A stretch of DNA of 64,000 bases. It comes from Bilabrum cf. latius (taxonomy: Eukaryota). The stretch covers positions 434,001 to 498,000 of the forward strand of contig OZ237760.1 in assembly GCA_965178125.1 (NCBI GenBank), read 5' to 3'. Positions 11,118 to 24,100 of this stretch are shown piece by piece. Both the position numbers and the translations under genes were made by a program. Numbering within the stretch: the first letter of the stretch is position 1; the number at the start of each line of letters is the position of its first letter. The notes below the pieces were generated by a model that worked only from the letters and a program-made list of their open reading frames with translations, did no database searches and was not told the origin of the DNA.

Positions 11118-14100
11118 TCAATCCCTGTCGGTGACGGTAAGCTCGCTTGCCCCCCTGCCCATCATCCAAGAGGACACAGAATCCTCCAGCTCTCTATTCG
11201 AGTTGCTGCGCAGCAGCGCAATCATGGCCGCCGGGGGTGCGTCTGAATCCCCTGAATCCCCGCCACCGAACCCAGTGGATGCCGCCGCGCTGCTTGCTGC
11301 CTGCAGGCCCGCGCTGCTCGAGGCTGCCATGAAGCTGGAAGGAACAGCAGCTCCATCCACGCCGTCTTGCGAGTCTTCTGCCTACAGAGTGGCCTGTCCG
11401 CCGCCCCACTCCTGCGCCGCCAACGCTGCTCCTGCGCTGCTGGCGGGTGCCTGGTCCAGAGACATGCTTAATGCGGCAGCTGACCTCGGCCCCGGGGCCT
11501 GCCTACTACTATGCGCCCCACTCGATGTTGCAGGTGTTCTCTAGCTTCGTCTAGCTCGTCCGGCGCGCGTCTGTGGTGCCGCAGCCTTGCTCCGCATCGT
11601 GCCACCAGCTGCTGCACCTGGACTCGACGGCAATGACACGCCGGGCGCAATTGCTGGTGCACCTGGAACGGACTAGACGGCAGCCGTCGCCGGGTCTGCA
11701 CACACGCTGCTCGGTGCTACAGCAGGGCCAGGTGCCCGGATGAAGCCTCGCCTGGCTAGCGACTGCACCGCCGATGCGATCATTCCCTTGGACACTTTCG
11801 GAGCACGCATGCCAAGCGCCGCTAGAGCCGCATCTCCCGCGTCAGTCCTGCCCCTCCCGCTGGAAAATAGGCCGCATGAGTCCGCCTGAAACATGTGCAA
11901 GAGCGTGTGCAGAGGATTCGGGCCTTCCATGCTAGGCATCTCAATCGCCTTGCCCGCTGCCTCGCCGTCCACGTCCTCTGTTTCCTTCCCACAGTCGGCG
12001 AGGAGCCTAGCCCTGAACTCGGGATAGTCTGCTGGCCGCACGTCCCTATACCCCGCCCCCTCGGAGATGGCAGCTGCGATGTCACCGACCGAAATGGTCC
12101 CGCCCCTGTTGCACACGTGAAAACACGGGCACGGGAGGCCCTAGCCTGGAGCAGACGCGTCACCCAGTGCGATGCATGCGCGAGCCACGAAGTCCACCGG
12201 AGTCTGCTCCCAGCACCAACCGGGCTGCAGGCCGGTCGCGATGGCCCGACGCATCCGCACACAGGCCGCCAGGTACCTGTGAATGAAATCGCTCGGGTTA
12301 GAGTGCCCACTGCTGCTGTGGCCTCCGATAAATCCGGGGCGAACGATTGTGGCAGGAAGGCCAGTCGACGCAGCAGCCAGCACCAGACGCTCCCCAACCG
12401 CCTTGGTAGGCCCGTACCCAGACCGCTTCACGATGTCACAGAGCTGCGCGTCGGTCATCAGGTCCGTCTCCTTGCCCTTGTCACGGCTCGACCACGTGTC
12501 AACTGTCGAGACCGTGCTGACATACACGAAGGGCTTCTTGCGGGGAGACTCTGCCAGCCGGATGGCCCATTCGGTGCCACCCACGTTGGGCCCGCGCAAG
12601 TCCGAGTATGACTTAAGCCAGTGCACAACGGCACCGCAGTGCACTACACCGTCAATCCGGGAGGCCAGCGCGTCGAATGCCCCTGCCGTCATTCCGAATC
12701 GCTCTTCACCCAAGTCCCCAGGCACGGCCACGACCCGCCCTGCCCTCTCGAAGCCAAGCTGAACTCCCGCCACTCTCGCAGTCTCCTCCAGACGCTGCTG
12801 CGCCAGCACCTGTGCAGCAATAGGATGGTCTGCGCTCCGCGTTCTCTCCATCCTGGGCGGCTGCCCAGTCCTGCCCGAAGCAGCCCCGCCCTCGCTAGAC
12901 GTCGCGCCCCGTGTGCCGCTGCCACCAGAGGACCCTCGGGCCAGCATGGCGCCCTCGCCCTCGTCATCCTGAGGTGCCCGCGCGTGGTGCGAAAACTCGG
13001 AGCTCTCGCGCCTCAGCATCGGCGGACCGTCTCCCCTACCGGACGACGGCCCAGCCCCGGCCCCGTAGCTTGGTTCCCCACCGTCCTGCACCTTGATCTC
13101 CTCCTCCTTTCCACCGGTCGAGCCCGCCCTCGGTCTTGCTTTGGAAGGCCCTCCGCGCGACACCCTCACGAGGCAGTGGACGGTCGGCTGGCTCGGGAGA
13201 TCCAGCAGCTGATCCAGCAGGTGCACGCCGAGGAAGCCGGTGGCACCCGTCAGGAACACGTGCTTTGCATTCGCCAGCTTTGGCTGAGTAGAGGACGATC
13301 CTGAAGATACCTAGTCCCTCGCAGTGCCGCGGCCGTCGGGCCCGCCACCCGCCGCCCTTGCCTTGCGGAGGTCCTCCCGAAGTGCCTCTACCTGCGGGTG
13401 CGGGCCCGTGGGGGCACCCCCGCGCAGGATGCGAGCAACATCCCGGATGGTCTGAGTCGTTTGCTCCAGGTCGCCCAACGAAGCCATGGACACGCCGGCT
13501 CGTTCCAATGACTTCGCGAACGCCTGCAGCAGTCTCTGCTTCAGGGCCGTTCTTGCGGCGCTGCTGCGCACTTGCCCCTCCCAGATGCGCTCGCTCGGCG
13601 CGACTGGATGCCCGACGAAAGAGGCGATGGCGTCACACAGCATGCGCTCGATCTCGTCCGCGGGCTCGTCCTCGCTGGATGCCGGCACGACTACCCCTGG
13701 TTCGGCCGCCCCATCGCCTGGCTGGCCACCCGTGCTGCCGCCTGCACCGGCTCCTGCACCCGACCCGCTGCCCCGCACCGCAACGGCCGCAGTATGTCTC
13801 CCCTGCAGCAGTCCATCGCAAGTGGGCCCGTACCTTCGGATGAGCCCCGCCCTGCTCTTCTTGTTGCTGGTGGTGCGCAACCCCAGCTCTGAGGTGAACT
13901 CGCAGTCGAATTCCACGAAGACAGCCGAGGGAAGCTCGTAGGGGGCCAGGCCCTTGGCTAGCCCAAACTCAGCTAGGCGTTCCCGTACCACCCGGGCCAC
14001 GTCGGCAGATCGCATCGGGCTGTCCATGGCTACAGGTGCGTCGCCATTGTCCGCTTGCTTGGACTCCTCGTGTCCTCTCCCGGCAGCCTCAGCAGCCCTC

Positions 14101-17100
14101 GCCATGGACTTAACAATGTCCAAGTCCGGCACCACCACCGCGACAAGGCTGGCAGCAGCGTCACCTGCGTGAACGTACACCTCGTGCACGAGATCGCACT
14201 CCTGCAGCACCATTTCCACCTTTTCGGGTGACACAAACTCACCGTTGGAGAGCTTCTTCACGAACTTTCGACGACCAATCAGCTTAATCCTCCCGTCCGG
14301 CAGCAGCTCGCAGAGGTCCCCTGTCCTGAAGTAGCCCTCTTCGTCAAAGGCCTTGTCGGTGGCGGCGTCATTCCTGAAGTAGCCCTCCACCATCGTACTG
14401 GTCTTCACGAGAACCTCCCCCCGAGGGTTCTGCCCCTTGGGTATCCCTGCGGCCTTGTACCCCAGCTCGGGGACATCGATGATCTTGAGCTCCACGCCCT
14501 CGATCGGCCTGTCGTTCATGGTGATGGAGCCGGCCTCAGACGCGCCATACCCCTCGGTGATAATGGAGTCCGTCCACGTCTCGCGCATCCACGCCAGCAC
14601 TGCGGGTGGCACGGGTGCTGATCCGATCCCAACCGACCTAAGCCTACGGCCCAGACACTGGCTGAACTCCGTCTTGAGTCGCTCCTCGGCGGCCTTCTTA
14701 GCCATCTCGGCCGACTTGCCGGTGGCAGCTCCCTCGATAGACGCCGACACACCCGCGAGCATCAGCTGGCTCTTGTACTCAGCGTGCAGGCCAGAGAAGA
14801 AGGAAGGAACTACATTCAAGAACGTCGGCTCTAGGCACCGCACGTCGTCATACAGCTCTGCCCACGGCTCAGAGGAGGGCAGCCCGAGAGAAGCTCCAGA
14901 CACGATTGCCCCGGGAGCCACGGCATGCTCGGACCCATGTGACATGGGCTGGAAGCTCGAGTGGTACGCAGGGGAGGGACTCATGAAATCGTTCGTCTGC
15001 CGAATGCCCCTCTTGTACGACTCTACCACGCCTTTGGGGTTTCCCGTCGACCCGCTCGTGAATAAAATCATGCTCGCGTCCTGTATCCCGGGACCAACGC
15101 CCCACTGGAGCGATATGGCATCGGTCGTCTCCGATGCCGCATCGCTGGCTGGAGTTCTCACAACGGTAAGAAGCTTGGGTCTCGACACGGGCTGCCCATA
15201 TGCCACGGGGAACCCACCGCCTGCGTTCGAGATTCCCCCGAACACGTCTGTGTACGCGCTCGGCTTGGTGAGCCCCGTGTTCAGCTCTCGCATCTTCCCC
15301 GCGACTTCGTACGGCACAATGGTGGGGTGAGTCCCGGAGGCCTTCAGCTCTGCCTTGAGCGCCTCAATCCTGGCTTGACGAGTTGCTTCGTCCCGTGTCC
15401 TGTGCTCCTGCCATTCGTGCAGCAGGCGCGCCGACGGCAGTGGTAAACGGAGCGGGGCACTAGCACCGTCCTCGTCCCACCCTGTGCGCTGAAGCAGCAG
15501 CTTGCCAAGGCGAAGGAGCGTGGATAGGCGAAGGATCGTCGGCCCGGTAGCATCGGTGCACGCGCTGTCCCCTGCACTGGAACCGGCAGCTGCTGTAGGT
15601 GCGCCACTGTCTGCGCCCGCCCCGCTGGACGCACCGGCAATTGATCCAGAATCGCCACCTGGAATGCCGAATGTCTCGTACACCCACCCAGCATTCTACT
15701 CCTCGATTCCAATACCATCAGGCACAACCCGATTTGAGGGGACACCTAGGTCGGTGTCAACCACGACGAGAAGAGACAGCCTGGGCGCATCGGCAGCCAC
15801 ATGCTTCATCATCGGCAGCCTGGCAGCATCCACAACAGCAGCGAGCATGCCCGTCGAGTCAGCGATGTAGGACAGCTGCTACCGAAGCATGGTGTGCTGC
15901 ATGGGAACCTCCACGAACCCGCAGTGCAGTGCAGCCGCCCAGCTCATAAACCACTCGGCAGAATTTTCCCCGCAAATGCCGAGAAAAACCCGGTCGGACA
16001 TCTCCTCCCCGCGCTCCGAGCGAGGAGCGGTAATGCCTCGGCGGACCACCACAGGCGGCAGCAGAGCCTCTAGAGCAGAGGCCAGTCGCCTGGCTCCCGC
16101 CCTAAACTCACCACCTGTCATGTACTCGTACTCGCCCAGCTGCTCTCCATTGGGTCCGTGAACCGCCGCCTGCTTCCCGCTTCCGGCTGCAGCAGCGTCG
16201 GACCCATCGCGTGTATCGACAGGCAATAGCGCGCGCCTCCCAATCATGGGGTTATTCTGCCAGAAATCCAGAGCATTTGCCACATCGTCCTGAGCCGAGG
16301 CCCCGTGGAGGCACCCGCAGTAGGGCTCCAGCTCGTCCAGCACCAGGCAGGCCCACTGCGGCTCCAGCAGCTCCACACGGACAACCTCGCCAGGGGCATG
16401 GATCGGCACATCTACGTAGTGTTCCCCGACTGGCTGCACCACGGTGACTTGCTTGGACATGTGGAGCGGTCTCAGGTGCTTCACGGAGCCTCCGTGGTTG
16501 TACTAGTACACGCTCACCCTGTACTTGATGGGCTCACGGGAGAGCTCGGCGCACTCTGGCAGAGCTTCATCACAGGCGGTCGACACTAGTGCTCCCACAG
16601 GCGCTATCTGATCGATTCCGGGTCCTCCCTCCGTCCCTCTCCTCCTCCTAGGCGGCTGCCTCCTGTAGTTGACGATGCGAACCCATGCCACCGCTAGCTC
16701 GCCCCGCTCCTCCCCCTGCCGCAGCAAGCTGGCCTCGTACCATGGACCTGACGCAGAGCTCGCCGCCTCGGCCTCCGCTTTGGCTATTGCTTCAATTTTA
16801 GCTCGTTTCGCGAGGAGTTCCTCGAGATTTGGGTCGCGGTACAGCATCGCCGTGCCCTTCGAAGCAAGTGCCCGGATCAGCCGTTCGCTTGGGGCAGAGG
16901 GCTCTTTCTGCTCCCTTCCGGCCGGTTTTGTGGGCAACATGCGGATTGAAGAAAGACATTTTGCGTTCTGGCCCAGAGCGTTGGTGTCGAGCGGGGCCAG
17001 CTGGGCGGCTAGCGCACCCTCGGTGCTGTCGAACATCTCGTGGATGGAACTCTGTCGGGGCCAGTAATTCATGCGATGCCCCAGAGGAAAGAACTGAACC

Positions 17101-17777
17101 GGGGTGCCACATTTTCCTGCGGTGAGATGCTGGCGAACTCGCACGAGCACCGAAAAGGAGGTTGGCTTGAGCCCGTCATTGCGAAGCTCCCGAAGGCCAA
17201 GCACCGGCCCGGTCGCTTGCAGGCCCATTGGCGCGGTATCAACCCCATCTGCCGAAGTCTGCATCTGCATCGTTGCATGGGGCATTTCTTGCATCAGCTC
17301 TTCAACGTACGAGTGATCTGGCCCCTCGTCGGCGAGTGCTCTCTCCAGCTCCGCGTCCATTGCTTCAAGCGCCACATCAATGATCCAGCCTGGCTTGAAC
17401 TTGCTGGCGAGATGCGGCATCAGCCTAACATGAAAGTGGTCATTTTCAATCAATGCGCTTTCCATTCGCTGTGGACCTGACCAAGCACAGGTAGCAGAAT
17501 CACAGTCGTGTTCCCGAAAAGTCGATGCTTGGATCGCACGCCATTTCCCAGATCCGTCCTGTTCGCCGGGACCACTGCTGCCCCGAGAAGTCAAAATTTG
17601 CAGACCTCCCGAAATAATCATACTAAGAGCTGCGTCCCCATCTCCCACGCCTTGAAACGTGTATGGCTGCCCAGGACAGTGAGCACCAAGCTACACTTGG
17701 CGATAGCCAAGCGCAGGCAAACTCTTGGACGCAGATCCTGGAGCCCGAGCAGCTTTACCTTTTATATGAATTGACAT
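11118..17777 (-). CDS. Carboxylic acid reductase-like (NRPS-like adenylation-carrier-thioester reductase) enzyme with unassigned N-terminal region, 2219 aa
   Basis: ORFs 17691, 16503, 15879, 13311, 12141, 11673 and 11118 are in one frame joined by 9 TAG; ends TGA. A-domain motifs FTSGSTGNPKG, EGYGASEAG, YFRTGDL, KLSNGEFVSPE; R-domain motifs FLTGATGFLG, PNVGGT, KPFVYVST, GYGPTK. Confidence 0.88.
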
Positions 17778-17910
17778 TGTGACTAATGGACGCAAGTACG
17801 GACTAGCGGTGTGCCAAAATATATGCGAGAATCTGATGATTATGTCGATTTGTAGCGTGGACTTCCGAAGAGTCTGCAGGATCGGATCGGATCCGGGTGC
17901 GTAAGGTGAC

Positions 17911-20856
17911 TCACGGAACATCATACTACTGTGGCGCTTGCTGCCTACCTGGCATTTCCCATGGCCTCCTCCGCTTCTGTGGAATAATCTTCCTGTGTCC
18001 CAGCCGAATCACGTCTTGCGGGGTCCCTCTACAGACTCCATCAGCCGCAGGGTGCTTGGGCGGCACACAGGCCTCCACTGCCACAGAACACAGGTGCCGC
18101 GCGGCTGCCACTAGCTTGGCGGAATCATGACCTCCTGGATCTAACTAGCCTTGGCTGCTTGTTCCAGGCCCACGCCCGTGAGATTGGCCAGGCTGTGACA
18201 GTCGCTATCGATGCCCCTGCAGCCACCGAGCCGCACCTGGAGGCAGAGCACGTCCGAAGCACTCCAGGCCCCACGCAGCGACCATTCGATGCATAGCCGC
18301 CGACTCGGGGTTTATGGACCGCGTAGATCTTCGTCTGTGCGCTGCATCTGGGGCTGGGGCTGGGGCTGTGCCTGATGCTTCGGGCGGAGCTGGTGCTGCA
18401 ACCTGGGCGCCAATTTGGGTATTCACTAAACCTGGCTCTCGGCGAGACTCCATGGCTGACTACCCACTGCCTGCAGGGCTATCGAAGACAGTCCCGCTCG
18501 AAGCTGCCTCCAGTCGCTCTGTGACGTGTCGCTCATCCCCGGTAGCACCAGCCCGCTCGGTCCGATGCTCGATCCCGTGGCCAGGTCCAGGACTGTCGGT
18601 GCTTCCTTTGTGGGCCGTGGCTGAGGCGCCCATTCCCCTCTGTGTCCTCTGTGCTCCCCACACGCCCCCTCTCCTCCCCAGGGAGGGCATCCACGCCGGG
18701 TACCCTCCCCCTGCCTGAGGCACGAACTGCACGAACTGCCTCCTCACCCTGTGGGCAGACAGCCAAGGCACTAGGTCCTCGGGGCCCACGCCGCGGTAGG
18801 CGCGGGCGATAAATGAGCCCGAGCTATGCGGCATATCAATTCCTTCTGCGTGAACACTAGATTCCACTGTCTATTTGCCCTTTTTTCGGTGTTGCCTGCC
18901 CCTGATAGCTTGCTTCCAGGTGTTGGAGGACCGCTTGCCCCCCCTATACTGTGTAGACCCACCGGGTATCCCTGTAGCATCATCCGCCTAGCCGTTGCCA
19001 CAACAAGCAACGCCCGCAGCCACGACTGCTTGCACATCCTGCACGGACAGAGAATTGGACGTGCCAGTCAGCGGACCACAGCCTCGTCGCATGAGTCCGG
19101 CTCTAGTATGCGCCTTGTCATGATCTTTCACGCCCCAATGCCCAGGTTCGCCACAGCCCGGCTCTCGCCACGCCGACACGGATTCAGCTCCAGCATCAAT
19201 CCAAGGAGCGGCTGCCCGCTGGTCTTCTTCGTTGAGTGTCCTGACAGCAGGAAGGTGGGGCAAATGCTGCGTGTTGAAGAGTCCCGCGTCTAGGGCATGG
19301 TTTTCCTTTGAAGATGGGGCAGTGCTTGACCTTGCCTCGATTGAAGTTGTCTCAGCTCCTGTTCCTTGTTTTCGGGTCTGCCCATCTTGGTGCTTATCAA
19401 GCGCGCGGTCGTCAGGCTCAGCGGCAGCGCGGGCCCTCAGCACGCACCTCCTTTGCTCGATGGCAGGCCATGCATTGTCCAGTACGAGCCCCTGAACCTC
19501 CCACTTTGACACGAGCAGCTGCCTAGCCGATGGGCCCTGCGCCGCCGACGAGGATCGTCGTGCGTTGCCTCTCCTGCCCCTGGCTTGCGACGAAGAGGCC
19601 CCCTGCCGCTTCTGAAGCTGCAGGAAGTACCATGCCCGCGCCGCGCTCTCCCAGGCCTTCTCCCTCCACAGTGAAGCAGATTGCATCGATCCAACTCCCA
19701 ATGGCCTGGAAGCCACACCAGCACGAGCAACATCATGCGGTAAGCCCTGAGCTAAATCAAGCTCCTCATGCCACACGAAACTCCTCACCAGCTGGTCTAG
19801 CGCCTCCAACTCTGGTGCACCGATGCACAGGGGGGAATCCGACCCGCTGCCCTTGAGCCAAGGCGGGCATGGATCGTCGCGAGGCCCCGCATGCCCAACG
19901 GATGGCTTGCTACCCCCGCTCGAAGAACTTGGCTTGATGCGCTCATGGGCCCGCTTTGCGCCCCAAGCCGCTGCCGCAGTCACTGCCAGAGCCAGTGCAG
20001 CCCTCGAGCCAGGAGCACCCCACTCCTCCTCCTCATCGGCAGCAGATACGGAGCTCCGGGATTGCACGGCTGACGATCTAGAGCGCGAAGGTTCGAGACC
20101 CGCTGAGACCTTTCCCGTGATCCCCGTTCTGCGGAGCGCTGCACTCCAGCGATCGAGCCAGCCCAAGCCGAGGGAGCTGGGCACAGGCCTTTTGGCCATG
20201 TCGGTTCCTGCTGCTGCCCTTCCATTGGACTCGCTTGTGGACCCGTGGCCGTGCTACCAGCCGGCGTCACTTTCGCTGTCACCGCTACTGCTGTCATCGC
20301 TGCCGAGCCCTAGCCCGAGCCAATCCTCGTCCAGCTGAGCGTCACCGCCACCTGCTGGCTTGGCAACGTCGCCGCTGCGATTCTCCTTGGCCCGGCGCAG
20401 GCCTCTCCCGTCCGAGTGTGATTGCGACTGGGTCTGCAACCGCCTTCTGGTGGCTCTAATGGCGGCTCTCACGGCCGTGTCTGGAATCAAGCCAGCGCTC
20501 TGAATCCACCTAGCTCTCCTCGCTGGCGGTTCGGCAACTCGAACGGCATCACCCCAGCGCTCGGCGAGCCCGCTGGATACGCCCAGGATAGCTTGGATTG
20601 CGGAGTCGATTGCCTCTCCGGCAGTTAATGGTCCAATCAAATGTGCATGTCTGCGCTATGCGCGTGATTCTTGTGGAAATGTCTTAGCTCTGCGAGGAAG
20701 CCTCGCTTTAGGAGCCCGCGCGTGCCGCGCCTCGGACTCGGCTTGCCTCTCTATTGCGTTGGCATCCAGCTGTGGGTCCCCCTATGGTATCTTTGAAGAC
20801 TAAATATAATCCTTGCTTGACGTGAGGCACGGTAAGCCTTCCACAAGACCCTACAT
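17911..20856 (-). CDS. Hypothetical protein, about 981 aa, no recognisable domain
   Basis: ORFs 20254, 18988, 18460, 18205 and 17926 lie in one frame joined by 11 TAG with no TAA/TGA over 2.9 kb; ends TGA 17911-17913. Start (ATG-TAG at 20856) is uncertain. Confidence 0.65.
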
Positions 20857-21154
20857 GAGCGCAGGGAATGGGCAAGATTTCACTCAATCAGAATAATGCG
20901 GCAAACCTACATGCTATCCTGCGAGTAAGTGCAGCTCCGACTGAGCATTTATAATGACTAAATCGATGCAAATCGAGGACACATTCGGACGCACCCTTAA
21001 GGCTACACGACGAGATTTTAAAATAGACACCACTTCGATCTGTTGCGTGCTGTTCCAAAAATAAATTGTGATATAACACCATGAAACTATCCATTCGTGA
21101 TTGGCACCAGACTACTAGGACGACTGTTGGATACAGTCCGAATTTCAGTGCAAA

Positions 21155-24100
21155 ATGCCAGCTAGTAGTGCTGAGGCGAGTAGCTCTGCTCTTGTTTGGT
21201 TGAAAGGGTGTCTCAGGCTCCGAGACAACCCAGCCTTGGCAGCAGCAGCAGCTTCAGGGGAATCGGTTGCCCTACTCGTTACTCTACGAGCTGCAGGCTC
21301 GTCTGCCCTAGCTTTGTCACCTAAAGAACATACTGGTGCATCAGCAAGCTCTGTCGATGCTCCTTCGCGGCGTGGAGCCGCCACGGTCGCAACTATGCCA
21401 GTCCGTTGGCAAGCGGCATGTGCTGCCCTTGTCGATGAACGCCTGCAGAAAGGTGGGCATCGACTCATTGTACGCGTTATTGAGCCGACTGACTTGGCGG
21501 AGACGAGCGAGGTCCTGGTGAGTGCTCTGTATGACAGTTGGATTGAAGTGGCGACTATTCCCGAAGGTGAACGGCTGTTGTCGAGTTGCTAAATCCAAGA
21601 TGCTGATATTTACTTGGTTGCGGGGCCGTCAAAGGGCATAAGATCATATCGCCGCGTCGGCTATCCGCCCACGCCTCGGATAGATGAATCTCCGCCTCGG
21701 GCGGCCTTGTGTGCATACTTTAATTGCTTCGCGGACTTGACTAAATTTGGGATAGTTCTTGCAAATTCACGACTTGAATTGCTGCCGTGATTGTGCGCTG
21801 GGCCTGCCCGGCACGTTGTGGTGCTCGGGTCACTCAAGCCTGCATGCGCTCGAACACCTTCCTATGCCTGTGGCGACTTTATTTTCCAGCCCTAGTATAT
21901 TTCTATGAATCATTGCACAATCAAATCGCAGTCTGTTGCATCTGAATGCGGTGCTGCCCACGTCTACTGCCAAGCTGGCCACGGTCCCGGAGATGCTGCA
22001 ATGGAAGCAGCTCTGTCAGCTGCTCTCTCCTCAGCCGGCCGCTCGCTTCACGCCATGGAGGGGCAGCTGCTCTGCTCCCCCAAAATGGCCGCACTGGCGA
22101 GTTCCTCCGCCGGCCCAGGGCCCGATGCAGGTGCCGCCCCTGGCCCTCGGCTCATGGTCCGACCCGACGGCACCACTTGCTCGCTCTTCGAGTTTGCGCA
22201 GCTGCTCAGGGTACCGACGCAGGAGCCGCTCCCGGCACCCTCCCTCTCGGGGGCATCGCCTGGGTCTGACGGCAAGAGCAAAGCTGCTGTGCTGTCCCCT
22301 CCGGCCACGCTGCCGCCCTCAACCCCCGGCTGGCTGAGCTTGCTGCCTCCCGGCGTGACTGCCGATGGGGGGGCAGGCACGGGAAAGGGAGACGAGGCCG
22401 CTGGAGCCGCGTCTACTTCTGACAGCGGGGTTGGCATCGACTCGAAACTGTCCGTGAAGGCAGGATTCGCGGCCCCCGAGGCCCTGGCTGTGGGCGCCCT
22501 CCGGTTCGACTGCGGCTACCTGCTGGACGCGGCCCGCAGCTGGAAGATGAGGATGCTGCACCCCTCCCTCAGAGCTGCGGGGCCAGAGGGCGCGTCCAGC
22601 GGTGCTGGCGCCGCCGGTGCCTTTGAGCGCATGCCGGACGGGCTTGTGGTGCCAGGCAGTCCAATGGGCAAGATGCCCAGCCGCGGCGTGGGACCATCAG
22701 GAGGCCGGCGTGCAGGGCCCGAGAGCTTCGTGGCAGCTGGTGCGGGATCCGCGGCTCCCACTGCTGCAATTGCTGGGGACCTGGCAGACGAGGCCAAGCC
22801 AGGCGACTATGACGAGCGGGGTGACAGGGAGCCTATGCTCGGTCCGCTGCTGGCGTCTGGGGCACTGAGCCCGAGGCAGGTGTGGTGGTATGCACAGCAG
22901 CTGAGGCGACAAGCGGCTCGCAAAATCGCAGGAAGTCTCGCGGCTGGCGCAGACCCCGTGGGTTCAAAGGGTGTGGTGGCTACGCAGCATCTACTAGACG
23001 AGGTGTTGGGCAAGGGCGTGACCGGCGGGTCAACGGCTACATCTGGAGGCATCCGTGGGTCTAGCTCCGTGGGTGACCTGGCAGCACTGACTGGTCAGGC
23101 AACGGCGGGTGGGCACGGCAAGGAGGGCATGAAGGCCAGCGAGGCAGTGGCGAGGAAGGCGGGGGGCAGCTCTGCCGACGAGGGCAGGGTCGAGGAGGGC
23201 GCGGAGGAGGGCGGGCCGGTGGATCTCGACAAGATGCGCTCGCAGGTGCAGTGGTGCGACAGGCTGCTCAAGTTGGTGCTGGAGAGAGAGCACGCCTACC
23301 ACCTGGCCTACGCAGCGGGGGATGTAATGTATCTGCAGCCGCTGCGAAGGGATGGGGCACGACAGCTGCCGTGGGCTGCTGATGCTGCCGACGTGCTGGG
23401 CAGGGTAAGAACATGCGTGCCGCCCGCGGGCCACCCATTCGCCCAAGAATTCTCCACTTCCGCTGCAGCGCTACCCTCCGCCAAAGGGGGCGGATCAGTC
23501 GCTGGAATGGATGCCCTCAAGAGTGCACTTGCGTCCAAGGGCCCGGGGTCAAGCGTCGTGCTGCCACTCCACGAGTGCTTGAAGCATCCGCTGGTGCGCT
23601 GTATTGACAGCGGTCACACCGGGCACGCTCTCGTGGATGCAGCGGCGAGGGCGCTGCGGATCACGGGCTCCGTACCGATTCGACTCCTGGATATCCTGAT
23701 TGCTCAGGCCTGCAAGTACATGTGCATCCCCTGGCGAGTGGCCCTGGGCTGGCTGGCCGGGCGGTGCGTGGGTCCCTCACTCCCCCAGATGGCACTACGA
23801 GTGCAGGAGAAGTGCGGGTTTGTGCCCGACTGGGTTACTCCCGCGCCGCACCCGATGCAGCTCGGCGACCCATGCGGCGTGGCAGCAGCAAGACACCCGG
23901 ACCCCTACGGCGACTTCGTGGCCCGTCTGGTGCCTCGTGTAGCTAGAATCGACGGGCCCTACCGTTGCTCCATGCACCCCGACGTGCCCACCGGGGTGCT
24001 TCGCAAGGCAGGCGTGTCCAAGTTGGCGCATCCGGCAGCCATGCTCGTGCCTGCCATGAGCGGCATGCCTGCCTGCGCAGCCGGAGCAGAGGCCCTCTCG

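Noticed and set aside
20888-21094. 68-aa minus-strand ORF
   Set aside because: Lies in an AT-rich divergent promoter gap with no recognisable homology; could at most be an upstream exon.
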